64,000 nucleotides of DNA from NCBI RefSeq assembly GCF_001194135.2, contig NC_068988.1, forward strand, positions 39,670,386 through 39,734,385. The letters are read 5' to 3'. Source of the stretch: Octopus bimaculoides. Its lineage: Eukaryota. Within the stretch, counting starts at the first letter, position 1; each line of letters begins with the position of its first letter. Made by a program: the position numbers and the translations under genes. Shown here piece after piece: positions 1 to 14,680 of the stretch. The notes below the pieces were generated by a model that saw nothing but the letters and a program-made list of their open reading frames with translations, did no database searches and was not told where the DNA came from.

Positions 1-231
1 TATACATACTACATACAAACATGTGTATGCGCAGACACACTGACCCACAAACATGCGCACGAACAAACAAAAAGAACGCAGCTCGGATAACGGACAGAGT
101 TGAAAAGGTTGCAAGACGCAACGAAAATATTTTGAAAAATAAATGAGTGGAAACTTTACCGGTGAGTGTGTTAAATAATAAGGCACTAAAAGGGAATGAC
201 TCGCCCCAGACACACCAAAATTTTGTGTGCT

Positions 232-299
<68 letters not shown>

Positions 300-381
300 G
301 CAAATGAAAGACAGAAGATGGAATATACGAGAATTTATCACGACAATTCCAGCATCAATCCGTCATGGGTGGGACACTCAC

Positions 382-547
382 CAAATGGTTTAGGAGTATC
401 CGACATTGCAGATGTATCTCATCGGGTAATCGATAGACACAACTTGTTAAAATAACAGTTCTGCAATGTAACTTCCGTTTTGTAGAAAGAAAAGCAGCCA
501 GACGGAAGAAATATCGCCATTTACATAGAAGATCGAAAGTAAAATCA
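382..547 (-). other. Candidate exon of a gene running off the left edge
   Basis: Acceptor GTTTCTGTTTTTCCCACCAG| and donor TTG|GTGAGT. Either one open frame across the exon, or UTR plus ATG at 406 (MSDTPKPF). A possible upstream donor CAG|GTAAGA lies at 2073. Confidence 0.35.
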
Positions 548-1038
548 CTGGTGGGAAAAACAGAAACGAACACGCCTTAACTGAATATCAAATTGGCTTA
601 AAGGCATTAAGAAACCTCACGCAATATACGACCTGATATGTTTTTATGTTCTCCATCACTTTAAATTCTCTGATTCTTTAAATGTAATGTTTTAGATGAT
701 TAAACCCGAATTGTTTAAGACTGAAAAAAAAAAGAGGGAATGTCTTTCTTGTGGAACTAACTAGAATGCATACGTGTATCCATGCCTATAGGTACATGCA
801 CATAGATATAATACAAGTAAACTTATCTTCCCGCTGATAAAACTGAGTACATTTCTTCAATATCGGTTTTCGTAACACATGTAGAAGATCATGTTCGCTT
901 CAAATGAAGTTTATGATAGACTTAATAAACGAACAAAAGTAAACAAAAACCCCAGAATTAAAGATAAAATAATATTTTGAAATAGAATTACAGTGATATT
1001 TACTAAGTTAATGAAAACAGATTATATTTCCAAAATTG

Positions 1039-1167
1039 AAATTACACCTGCTTAAAATAAAACATACACTTTTCCAGAAAATGTGGAAAATAACATGAAA
1101 TAAATTACACCTGCTTAAAATAAAACGTACACTTTTCCAGAAAATGTGGAAAATAACATGAAATAAA
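1039..1167. repeat. 63-bp tandem duplication
   Basis: ATTACACCTGCTTAAAATAAAAC(A/G)TACACTTTTCCAGAAAATGTGG.. at 1041 and 1104; one mismatch. Confidence 0.95.
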
Positions 1168-1274
1168 TGTTTACTTCGTAGTGGTGATATAAGATTTACA
1201 CTATGTCGGGATTATAAATGACTGACACACAAAAATATACACTCGTGTTCAATGTGCAAAATGATTTTTTTCAC

Positions 1275-1472
1275 CCCAAGTTCGGGGTCAATAACATCGA
1301 TCCCAGTGCTCAACTGGTATTTATTTTATCGACCCTGAAAGATGAAAGGAAAACCTCTGTGGAATTTGAACTCAGAACGTTGACCTCGATGGAATTTGAA
1401 CTTAGAACGTAAACGGACCAAACGCCGCTATTTGTTTTGTCTGGTGTGTTAACGATTCTGCCAGCTCACTGA
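1275..1472 (-). mobile_element. SINE family A copy with a short internal duplication
   Basis: Inverse of GAGCTGGCAGAATCGTTAGCAC..GTTCTGAGTTCAAATTCC..GTCGATAAA..TACCAG; GGAATTTGAACT(C/T)AGAACGT occurs twice. Confidence 0.85.
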
Positions 1473-1657
1473 ATTTGCTTGAATAAATTGCATCAATTCA
1501 GTTACAAATAATTGGTTCTGTTCATTAAGTGTAATTTGTGTAGCGAAATAAGACTACACATGTCTCTTGACTATTTAGCTATCAAAACATGCAGATGAAT
1601 ATGTGTGTACAGACATACGTAGGTACATGTATATATATTTGTCTATCTATCTATTTA

Positions 1658-1711
<54 letters not shown>

Positions 1712-1777
1712 AGTCTGTCTGCCTGTCTGTCCGTCCGTCCGCATGTCTGTCTGTCTGTCTGTCCGCCCGTCCGTCTG

Positions 1778-1824
<47 letters not shown>

Positions 1825-2318
1825 CTGTCTCTCTAGATTTGATGTTTATGGTCAAAAGTGAAGAAGAATTAATAGGGCTTTTTTAACTGAAAATATTTTA
1901 GGATCTATTGAAGTAACGTGAGTTGATTGACAAAACTGTCATATCGAGTGATTCTGTTAAAGATGTGATAGGCGCTAGACTTGAATCAGGCATTGGTAAG
2001 AACAACCTATATAAAATAAGCATGAACGAATGAATAGTTTTGTACGTCACAGTATAACCATTTGTATTCTTACCTGATGTCGCTAACACTCCCAAACTCT
2101 CCCTGCCTCTACGTAGCAACAGAGACAGTAGTATTTGGTGTCGCTGTCTTGCCAATCGATGCCTATAACCTCAACTGACTATTGGAGTCCATTGCATTTT
2201 CTCAACAGAAGCAGTGTTATCTTCTTCAGATGAAAAGAGCAGTTATTAACGTCAACGTTAATATACTATCATAATACGTACATGAGTATTTCTATATGTA
2301 TGCGCATACGTACAAGCT

Positions 2319-2353
<35 letters not shown>

Positions 2354-2354
2354 A

Positions 2355-2397
<43 letters not shown>

Positions 2398-2824
2398 TGA
2401 GAGAGACACAAACACAAAAAGCGGGGTTCACAGGATTCTTTATTCAAATCCACTACATTGTTTCGGCTCATTCCGCACCTCTAGCTCATAGGCGACAATA
2501 AATTGTCTCGTATCAGAGGTGTAGTATGTGTCTTCTCGGGTTACTTCTTAAACGAGTACCTCGCTAGATCTACTGTTGATGACATGAGGTAGCCAAGACC
2601 TGCGGACAGGTAGCCAAGACCTAAGTTAACTATGTACACACATACACACACACACATATATATATACACATACACATGTGTGTGTATGTAATTATGTATG
2701 TATGTATGTATGTATGCATTTACGCATGTATATAAGATTTTAATGTTAAAAAACGAGTGTCTGCAACATATACAGTGGTGTCATAAGTACTATACAACCA
2801 CCGTATACACGACGATTTAAAAAC

Positions 2825-3348
2825 ATCTCAGGGTGTAGAGTCTTAGCACCTGTAGTATATAAAGACATGACAGAGTCGGCCAGTATTTACACTGGACATT
2901 ATGTCGGCATTATAAAATCAAAACCGCTGTGAAATGGTGTAAACACTATCCTGAATCTGTGACTGAGAGAGAAAATGTGTCGATTCTCTGGGACTTCCCC
3001 GTACATCCCGACAAAACTATAAAAGCTAATAAACCGGATATTATTATAAAAGATCAGACAAAGAAGATGTGTTTATTAATTGACATGAGTATTCCTTGCG
3101 ATCACAATATAGCAGCGAAAGAATTTGACAAGATCAGTAAATATAAAGACTTGCTAATAAAAATTGAATGAATGTGGCATCTCAAGGCGACTACCGTACC
3201 AGCGATTGTAGGATCTCTAGGAATGATAAAAAAAAAAGGTACTGAAACCTATTTGAAAATGATACCAGGTATACCATCCCTACAGGAAGTGCGAAAAATT
3301 GTGTTAACTTGAACGACTCATGTACTGAGAAGAGCATTATCGCTGTGA
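2825..3348 (+). pseudogene. R4/Dong-clade non-LTR retrotransposon, C-terminal zinc-knuckle remnant + restriction-like endonuclease
   Basis: Reads ISGCRVLAP..DRVGQYLHWTLCRHY..ENVSILWDFPVHPDKTIKANKPDIIIKD..CLLIDMSIPCDHNIAAKEFDKISKYKDL..VPAIVGSLG..THVLRRALSL*. This is the PD..D..K RLE pattern, with in-frame stops. Confidence 0.85.
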
Positions 3349-3637
3349 AAACCACACCCATTCATGAATTTATTTATTTATAAATGTGTTTTTGAAATAC
3401 ATATTTTACCTGTGAATTTGCGTGTGTAAACTGGGAATGCATTCAATGAGCTTCTCTGCCCTAGGTGTATGGAAAACACTCGCAGAAAGAGTACAAACCA
3501 ATTGTTCAAGCGCATTTTGCTTTGCTATTAATTTCACCTTCTTTGCAACTACAGCTGCTGCACTTCGTCATGCTGTTCAACCTGGGGCATAACAGATCGA
3601 CCCAATGATGGTGGACAAGGTGCACCACATATGCTAT

Positions 3638-4114
<477 letters not shown>

Positions 4115-4960
4115 NNNNNNNNNNNNNNNNNNNNNNNNNNNNNNNNNNNNNNNNNNNNNNNNNNNNNNNNNNNNNNNNNNNNNNNNNNNNNNNNNNNNNN
4201 NNNNNNNNNNNNNNNNNNNNNNNNNNNNNNNNNNNNNNNNNNNNNNNNNNNNNNNNNNNNNNNNNNNNNNNNNNNNNNNNNNNNNNNNNNNNNNNNNNNN
4301 NNNNNNNNNNNNNNNNNNNNNNNNNNNNNNNNNNNNNNNNNNNNNNNNNNNNNNNNNNNNNNNNNNNNNNNNNNNNNNNNNNNNNNNNNNNNNNNNNNNN
4401 NNNNNNNNNNNNNNNNNNNNNNNNNNNNNNNNNNNNNNNNNNNNNNNNNNNNNNNNNNNNNNNNNNNNNNNNNNNNNNNNNNNNNNNNNNNNNNNNNNNN
4501 NNNNNNNNNNNNNNNNNNNNNNNNNNNNNNNNNNNNNNNNNNNNNNNNNNNNNNNNNNNNNNNNNNNNNNNNNNNNNNNNNNNNNNNNNNNNNNNNNNNN
4601 NNNNNNNNNNNNNNNNNNNNNNNNNNNNNNNNNNNNNNNNNNNNNNNNNNNNNNNNNNNNNNNNNNNNNNNNNNNNNNNNNNNNNNNNNNNNNNNNNNNN
4701 NNNNNNNNNNNNNNNNNNNNNNNNNNNNNNNNNNNNNNNNNNNNNNNNNNNNNNNNNNNNNNNNNNNNNNNNNNNNNNNNNNNNNNNNNNNNNNNNNNNN
4801 NNNNNNNNNNNNNNNNNNNNNNNNNNNNNNNNNNNNNNNNNNNNNNNNNNNNNNNNNNNNNNNNNNNNNNNNNNNNNNNNNNNNNNNNNNNNNNNNNNNN
4901 NNNNNNNNNNNNNNNNNNNNNNNNNNNNNNNNNNNNNNNNNNNNNNNNNNNNNNNNNNNN
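4115..4960. other. Assembly gap (others at ~17732-18026, 24456-25127, 30673-30753, 40597-40867, 45083-45365, 48084-48138, 60206-60241, 62133-62372)
   Basis: Runs of N, each bounded by microsatellites. Confidence 0.99.
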
Positions 4961-4999
<39 letters not shown>

Positions 5000-5002
<3 letters not shown>

Positions 5003-5213
5003 GTTTCAAATTTTTCCACAAGGGCACCAGTTTTTGGGGAGGGGACGTGTCGATTACATCGACCCCAGCGTTTCACTGGTACTTAATTTATCGACCCCGA
5101 AAGGATGAAAGGCAAAATCAATCTTGACAGAATTTGAACTCAGAACGTAACGGCAGACGAAATACAGCTAAGCATTTCGCCCGGCATGCTAACAATTCTG
5201 CCAGCTCGACGCA
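5000..5213 (-). mobile_element. SINE family A copy
   Basis: Same consensus; the (AAT)n tail runs into the gap. Confidence 0.9.
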
Positions 5214-5239
5214 TTAACAATCAACAACAACAACAACAA

Positions 5240-5271
<32 letters not shown>

Positions 5272-5627
5272 GCAGCAGCAACATCAATAATGCCAGGCTG
5301 GTGGTTTGAGCAAATTATCGGATAGAATGCCTTCCCGTTTTCGTTTCGGCTCTGTACTCTGCGTTGAAGCTCCACCGCGCTCAGTTTTTATAATTTCGGC
5401 GTCGATAAGTAATGCAGCAGACCACTATTTGTGTTGATACTCACCTTTTTTCTTTGGAAGAAATCATCGGTATTTAGGTTGTGAAAGTGTATGTCCCAGG
5501 CTTAAAATATACCCAAGTAAGGCTGCAAGCGGTGGAATTACTCTTGGAACACCATCAAGATTCAATACCCTCATTCACTTGCGTTATCTTCTCTTTAGAT
5601 GAAGCCTCATCAATATTTCTGATGGTG

Positions 5628-5842
5628 AGGGCGGTGAGTTGTCAGAATCGTTAGCACACCAGGCGAAATGCTTAGCCGTATTTCGTCTGCCGTTACGTTC
5701 TACGTTCAAATTCAGCCGAGGTTGACTTTGCCTTTCATCTTTTCAGGGTCGATACATTAAATACCAGTTGCGTACTGGAGTCGATCTAATCGGCACCCTT
5801 CTCCAAAATTTCGAGCTTTGTGCCTACAGTAGAAAAGAATAT
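5628..5842 (+). mobile_element. SINE family A copy
   Basis: GGCGGTGAGTTGTCAGAATCGTTAGCAC..CGTTCAAATTCAGCCGAGGTTGACTTTGCCTTTCATC; B-box-like GTTCAAAT. Confidence 0.9.
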
Positions 5843-6344
5843 TTCTGATGGTAATTTAGCGTATCTATAAATAGATTGTAATTACTTTTACTTTTTGTTT
5901 ACTTTTAATTTGGAATCACCCATCGCCATTGCTACAATTTGTAATTATCTTGTTAATTCTCATTTATCATTTGCTTGGATTGATTTAGTTCTAACGTAAT
6001 AAAATTGATCTGTGATAAAACGAAGATTAAACAAATGTTTTTATTGAGATCGTAAAATATAATAGTTTCATAAATCACACATTCTAAATGGAATTTAGAA
6101 GCTTAACTCTTACTTCTGTAGTTTAAGAAGAAACATGGATATCTATCCTCTTCCAAAGAATGCTATGCTAGTCAGTCAAAAGTACTTCTTCTACAAAGAT
6201 TTACACTTCTTACTGAATACTGAGCTACAGAAGTAATTTCTGGCAAAACATTAAGTATATTGACATTGAACTTGTAATGATGGGAATTTCCACGCATTTA
6301 AAATAAAATGACATTGTGAATTCAATAAATATTATTTTCTGCTT

Positions 6345-6545
6345 TACACACAGGGCCCAAAATCTTTGGGGAGGGGGCCAGTCGATTAGATCGACTCAAG
6401 TACGCAACTGGTACTTAACTTATCGACCTCGAAAGGATGAAAAGCAAAGTCGACCTCGGCGGAATTTTAACTTAGAACGTAAAGACAGACGAAATACCAC
6501 TAAGCATTTCACCCGGTGTGCAAAAGTTTCTGCCAGCTCGCTGCC
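6345..6545 (-). mobile_element. SINE family A copy
   Basis: Same consensus, inverted. Confidence 0.9.
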
Positions 6546-8364
6546 TCGAATTCAATAAATATTAGGTGTTATATAAAAAGCCACGTAGTATTCGTTTCGG
6601 TACTGTCAGCTTTCAGTTCAGATGCTGCGGAGATCAGAGGTCAACATTACCTTTCATCATTTTGGAATATTAGTAAATAATAAATACCTCCTCCTGCTCC
6701 TGCTCCTCTTCCGTCTTCTCCACCTTCCCTTCTCTATCAAATTTTCTCTCTCTACAGTGAGAGAAATTAAATTATAATTCGATACTTGCTTTATGCAATA
6801 CAGACAGTATTAATTTGCCTCACATTATCGATACCAGTGAAAGTCTTATTTGCTGTTTCCAATACAAATCTCGTCTAAAAATGATTGTCTTTGTGTACAC
6901 ACCACTGATAAAGCCCAAGAAGGCCGAAATGAATCTGCCGTTCTGGTTAGCCAGTGATTGGCCAATATTCATATCCCTCTTATATATATATATATTGTGC
7001 TTGTAAACACAGCACGTCCACAAGAGATGTTATCTCTGGACAATTGTCGCAGTAAACTGACTTTCGACGATGTATCTACATAATACATGGATGGGTAATT
7101 TGATATTTACTCAAATATTTCTGCTACTGAACTTCTTCATATAGTCAGTATTATTGGTCAAGACTGTGTGGCACTTCATAATGGAAGAGGTGGTTTTATC
7201 CCCCTATTCCAGGTGGAGAAATCCAGCTGGATTAACTATAGTTTTGATCCTTCGATGCACATGAAATAAATTATAATGATGTACTTGGACACATTATATC
7301 AACCAAAATCTGCTCTGAAAATTAGTGGAATTTTAATTAATGCAAGAAATTATTGCGATTACATCGTGGAAGACATGAGTTGACCATGCAGAAACATACA
7401 AAACCCGTCGCCCGAAACTGTGAACTGTTTACTATAAAAAAATTTCGCTTCAAAATTTTGCAGAATATTTTGTTAGTGAACAGGTCGCAGTTTCGAGCGA
7501 CCAAAATTATGACACTATACTACAAATAAAAATTTAATTGCAGTTGATGGTCTTTATATATATGTATTTCTGGAGTGCTAGTTTCAGAACAATATCTCAG
7601 ATCGAAGCATTTGCTATTCAAGTAATCTAAAGTACATTCCCACAAGAAGTTATTAACAAACGAGTTATCACCAAAAGTTTTAATTTACTACTCAAATCAA
7701 TTATAATTTTAATCAATTTTATATTATAATTTTGAGCCGCTTGTCTTTCTGGACAGAAATTATCACTAACCCTCTTTATTTTTCTTCTCATTAAGAGTGT
7801 AACCGCAGTTGATTAAACATCAATTACCTGCTCACTAAATATTTTCTTCTTTCGGAATACACTGGTAGGAAATATTTCTATGCTAGTATTTCTTCTGCAC
7901 AAACAGTGAATGTTTATCTAACTCAATACTATTTATATATTTCTATCGTCATTTTTAGACATGATAAGTACGATATACTTTACTGATGAGACCTAATAAA
8001 ACCTAATTATATTTGAATCGTCACCGAAATTACCAAATGTTAGATTCACTGAAAACTGAATGCCTTCCTTTAAATTTTAATTAGCTTGGATTTCAGTTTT
8101 TTCTCGCCTTTGTTGTCAAGAATTATCATTAATGTTAATGAGGTTCCGTTAATTAGGGGTTTTATTTTGATAGCCTCATAATTATATGTACTCATATACA
8201 TTAAACATTTATTCTCCGCTTTATTATAGCGAGAAATTAATATGGTAGAATAGCGTCATTAATGTCTCTCGTTTAGAATTTGATCGTTATCGAAAATAAA
8301 AATTTTAAACATATGTGGTTAAGTGGCTTGTGCAATAACTATGCCGTCCTGTGTTCAATCACAA

Positions 8365-8890
<526 letters not shown>

Positions 8891-9009
8891 TAGAAATCCT
8901 AAGAATGGGGGCTTATTTGCAAGAGTGAAAACTAAAAACAAATTGTGAAGAGATGGAGGTGGAAACTTCTAAGAAGGTCGAAGAAGAGCTATTTAATAAC
9001 ATCGTCGAA

Positions 9010-11830
9010 ATATGGTAACAAGATTAAATGAATGAATGTTTAATATCTCTTGAAAGGTGAGGAAAAATAATGATTGGCTTAGTCGCTATTGAAGCAACAG
9101 TTGAAGAACCGTATGGATTTGATAATCAGTTCTTAAATAGAATGGAACATCGGAAATCCAACACGCAAACAGTGATACCGTTGTCAAAAAGCAACCTAAA
9201 CGATCATCAAATACAAAAAGTTGATACAGAACATCTAAAGAGAAAATATCACTTTCAAGAACAAAACAAAAAGAAATAACCTTAACACAAAATATTCTTA
9301 CTCAAGGATACATGGAAAGTGATACAGATCCCTTAGCTTTTAAACAGAACCTTATCGGAAGAAAGAGAAACTTCTCTCATTCTCGACTCAAGAGCTCCTT
9401 GAATCGGAGACACCAGTTGACACCACACACGAGAAATTCTAAACGTAAAGACAACTTTAGACAAAACCAACCACACTTGATACTACACACCAGTAATTAT
9501 AATCGTAATTATAAACTTTAGGCAGAACGACCTCAATAACGAAACTATTATAGTTCGAGGTTGAAAAGAGGAGCAGATAACAGATTTAACCACTACAGTA
9601 GTGCTAATACTCTTAAGTAAAACCTTAGGAATAATTTATTGGACAGGGCAAGCCAGACGGAATTTAAAACACTCCATGTCACAGACAGGAATGGATGATT
9701 CCGAATATTTGATGCCAAATATTTTCAACGCAAGAAGTTAGAATTTTCTGGAAAGGTCTGAAATTCACCACTCACCACAAGATTTCAACATGAACTATAT
9801 ACAGAACGACTAACAGAATAATTATTTGACAAAGAAATCAATGTTGTACGAATAATTCACGGTAAAAGCACCTACAGGCCGACAAATGCTAGGAACCAAA
9901 CATAGGACAACTTTTGTGATTTTATAAACAATTTCCCTTATACATTAGTAATTTAAACTAAAAATTATCCGAATTATCCGATGCTGTCATTAAAAAAGCT
10001 GATAAAAGTAGTGCTCTAGTCATTATGGACTATGAATAATTTAAAACACAGCGCTAGTCCTTCTTTGTGACGACATTTATGAAAAAGTAACACCTATCAA
10101 CGATCCAAAATATTGAAGAAACTTAGTATCTTCATCCAACAGTTTCAAAAGGAAATCACAGTACATAAAAAGGACTATTTAACAAAATTTGACTGCAAAA
10201 CTAGCAATTTTTTTTCAAACTTCCAAAAATACACAAGAGCAAAGCGATAAATTAAAGACCTCACTGGTTATAAATATGCTACATCCGAAAGATCTCAGAT
10301 TCTGAGCAACTATAACAAGCACGTCCTGTGAAATATATAGACGCAATAACTTTATTGACATACTCCTACTACCAAACATTATAAAAGATGACTTAGATTT
10401 TCTAAACCATCTCTCAAGAACAATCAGCAAGGACTACCTTTTTGTGTGATTCAATGAAAGAAGTATGTATACCCAGATTCCACACAAATACGAGACTGAG
10501 GCTATATAATTCCCGCTGAGAAAATTCCCAAACAAAATACTTGAAGGAAATGGGAAAGGATTTATCATTGAAGGAGTAAAATTCATCCTACAAAATGACT
10601 TTTTTAATTTCAAAGATAACACATACCGACAAATATCTGGGACTGCGATGGGGACGATGGTAACTCCACATTGGCTAACGTTGTTATGGGAAAATAGAAG
10701 TCCAAATAGACGTGCAGGCCAGACTTAAATTTGGCGATAAATTCAATAAATACCTACTCATCAATTAGAAACGCTTCCTGGACGATTATTTGATCTTCTG
10801 GTCACAGAATCTAGATCAATTCTTCTGGGTTAAAAACTTAATAATATGAACCACAGTATCGTATTCACAATTGAATATAATAAAAACAGCTACTCTTACT
10901 GGACATTCTGATCATAAGAAGGGATGAACATTAAAACCCGTATCTACTTTACACCAACAAACTTAAAAGAATATCTGCTTCTTTCTTCCAGTCATCCAAA
11001 GCGTAAGAAAATCAATATATCTTTTAATCTGGCACAAAGAATCTGCAGAAATGTATCCAATCTCGAGACTCGACAGAAACGAATCCATAAACTTAGAAAT
11101 ATATTACTCGATAAACAATAGTCTATCAATTTTATGAATAACGATACTGAATACGCAGAAAGGATAGAAATCCAATAATCAAGAAAAACAAAACAAAAAC
11201 CTTGCTGATACACTCAATAGCTAACCTTATCTATCGATACGAAATACAAGAAGTACAGAAGCATACAACATTATTCATCAGAATACACCTATTTTAATGA
11301 ACGTCCTACGAATGAACTAAAATTGAAAACACATAAAATGAAGGGTATACAGACTTACTAGGGTCAAATAATGCACCGAAAAATACATCCTCCAACAGAA
11401 AAAAAATATAACCGTTCTAATTACGGAATCTGTATCAACCACATAGAAAGTTCACAGTATAAATTCTAGTCTGGACAAATATTCGCAATAAAATTTCATT
11501 TCACCGGTGCATTGAGAAGTTAAGTTTATTAAATGCGTGGAGTGTAGTAGAAACTACATAAGAAGAATCTGAGAGACAAAATGACGGTACACAGGCAAGA
11601 GACTCGGGACCTCACGACCAAGAAAATTGTGAGTAAACATCCCAAATACCAAATTTTTCGTCTATATCAATACCTTGGAAACATTTAGCCCAATTGCGAT
11701 CAAATAAGGAAAATATGTTTACTAAGAAATAGAAATCACAACTTAATACTGTATAACAAGCACACTAGAATGAAAAAACTCAGTTTATTCCACTCAAGTG
11801 GAACCGACCAGAAACAAAAATAAACCAAAA
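9010..11830 (+). mobile_element. Decayed Penelope-like element (RT + GIY-YIG endonuclease)
   Basis: Frameshifted motifs: KGLKF (~9750), IKKADKSSALVIMD (~9990), KLPKIHK, IKDDLDFLNHL, IPHKY, FNFKDNTYRQISGTAMG (~10610-10653), RFLDD (10775-10786), YLLLSSSHPKRKKINISFNLAQRICR, and a C-terminal KCVECSRNYI..LRDKMTVHRQE GIY-YIG remnant. Confidence 0.85.
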
Positions 11831-12308
11831 GTTGAAGTACCGGTCTTCCTCTGGAATTCGAAATTCTGACTCCAAACTACCGTATAACTACACCTTACAC
11901 TTTTTACACTATTTGCTAATAACATCCTAAGCTTAACTAATTAGATTTTTCCTGATCAAAATCGGACTCACAAGGAAAAAAAATAAACATTCAGGTGACC
12001 GATACAAGATACATCTTAAGGCAATCAATGAATCGAAACGTTGAAGAACCATCACACATAAACAAGTGACCAAAATATTTGATAAAGAAATGACGTATGC
12101 AGAAAACCACCCAAAGTGAAAACTGGATTACTATTTGTTATATAAAAAAAAGAGTTCAAAACAGTTGATAAACAAATGAAGTCAACAAGAAGTTAACCTG
12201 TCAGGATGTTAGACTGCTGCAAACCAAACTATTGGACTAGAAAATTCGAAAAACAAGTAACGTCGTTGAATTGATGAACAACCAGAATTTGAACCTATAT
12301 TTTATAAA

Positions 12309-12353
<45 letters not shown>

Positions 12354-14593
12354 AAGCAATTTTAGCTTTAAACAGTTATCAAACAGCAAACTCAATGATA
12401 AATAATTCTCCTTTATGTACTACGACAGAAATTAAAAATAATATTTTTTTCTGTCTCTTTTAAAGCTTCATCGTATCTCATTGTTAATATTACTTATTGC
12501 TTGAGAGCAAACAAACCTCAACTATGTATGTATAAGTTTTATGAAATTCATCGAACAGGTGAACATTTATTTTCTATTGCTAGGAAATTAACTGAATATT
12601 ATAATTTGTTCGAACACTTGATATATGAATCATGTCGTAGCGAATGGTGCTCTTGTACCTTCAATCTCTTTAACTTCTTTATTTATCAATGGAAAGCAAA
12701 AATTGAGGAAACCGCTATGGTTTTTAATGAACATGTCAATGAAAATCAAAACTACATTTCGTTTTAAGACTGAGATGCATTTTCAACCCACAAACCAACT
12801 CTTCTATATTATTTCCATATATGTTTTTAAATATTTGGTGGTGAACAAAATAAGTACATGTGGGGAAATTCAGAACGGTTCCGTCAACTATAGTATTTAT
12901 TAAAATAAATATCCTTTTACTAATTTCAAAAACCAGTGTGACGTTGTCTACAATTACGTTACTGACGGCTAATAAGATGAGTTTAAGACGTGTCATATTT
13001 GATTTTCATGTACGCCCCCATTAACTCTAGGAAAAAATATAAATTCCGTTCATAATATAGCTCTTTATTCCAGCTCAAATTTAGTCAGTATTTGCAAATA
13101 TTATGAGAAATATTTGCTAACAGCCTAGATACACACACACATTTAGACAGTAAATATAGACACACGCACCCAAACACGTATATGCTGCTTATGTACAAGC
13201 ATCATTTTTGATCATATTCATTGATGCCATAAAAGAGTGACGGCATCAACTTGTAACATATGTTGATGTATGTAATATGAAGGCAATTGATAACTCATAC
13301 AAATCAACAGAAAACGTACTTTTACGAAGAGTCAATTATTTTTCTTTTTAAGATTTCGTTTGCGCTTTTTTTTCTTCGAGTGAGTTGAGATTTTAGCAGG
13401 AGCTGTAGAAAGAAATTAAGAAAAGGAAAATATAAAAAGGAATGCTTGGTGAAGAAGAAAGTACATATTTTTCTCATCTAAAATTGAGATATCAAGAAGG
13501 AAAAGAAAAGGGATATAAAAGCAACTACGTAAATGTGGGTGGAGATGAAAACATAAATGGAGGAGGCTGGGGTAGACGAAAGTGGAGTAGAAGCCGAAAA
13601 AAGAGGAGAAAATAAAAAGAGGAAAAGGAGAAAAGTGGAGGAGAAAAGGAAACAGGGGAAAAGGATGAGTAGAAAAGGTAAAGCATACATTGAATAAGAA
13701 AAATAATAAGAAGAGTAGGCGGAGGAGTAGGAGACGAGAAAATGACCGAATGAAACAAGGGGGCCAACTGGTTTACAGTCGGCAAATTTGCATCGGACAG
13801 TGTTTCACATATTTTTTTAATACAGTCTGCGATCTGAGTTCAAATCCTCCCGAGGGTGAAGTTTACCTTACATCTTTGTGGATGATTGCTGGAAGTCTAA
13901 GAATGCGGGGTCCAGAGGCCATGCAGCATTTGTTCTCGTTGCTTGTGTTCTGAGTTTAAATCCCGCCTTGATCTGTTTGAGTGGTAAGCATAACCCATAT
14001 CGCGGCTAGACAACCCCTTCTAGAAACCTTGGGTGCATTTACTAGGGTTCACTCTATTGCAAACATTCAGGTTAGGATTCTTGATAGATGGTACCACCTT
14101 TCCGTCCTCCCTCTTTCCCAACAATATCAAAAGCAACATAACACGTCAAATTCACTGCCTTATCACCTGACTAAATAATATATATATATATATGAAGAAA
14201 AATCGAGGAATGTGTTTCCTCAAAATATATGTTGCTGTACCAGAATACTTTTGTCATCAACTGGCTTGGTTGTACATAGAATAGGTGAAAGAAATTGATC
14301 GCATGTAGGAAATAGCTAATAATAATAATAATAGTGATAATAAGATGAAATAGTGAAAGGAAATCAATTGCAAATATAAAATGTAAACATAACGATAAAT
14401 TTATCTTGGTGAGTAATTTTTTTTTCTTGTTAAGAACGTCGTATATTTTTATCGGATAGTATATATTTCGAAGCTTCACTTGATCTTCAAAGTATGTATA
14501 TGAATGAAAAAAATTGTATTTTCATCACCACCACCACCACCATAATCTATTCTGAATCTTTAAAGTATATATTTATATACATACAACATGCAT

Positions 14594-14680
<87 letters not shown>

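Noticed and set aside
5437-5620. Minus-strand donor G|GTGAGTAT
   Set aside because: Lies in a decayed SINE and has no open frame upstream.
7983-8035. CUGAUGA..CGAAA hammerhead-like spacing
   Set aside because: Stem II does not close next to GAAA, and there is no stem III/NUH or stem I pairing.
12501-12996. Overlapping 86-92 aa ORFs
   Set aside because: No motifs and typical AT-rich noise composition.
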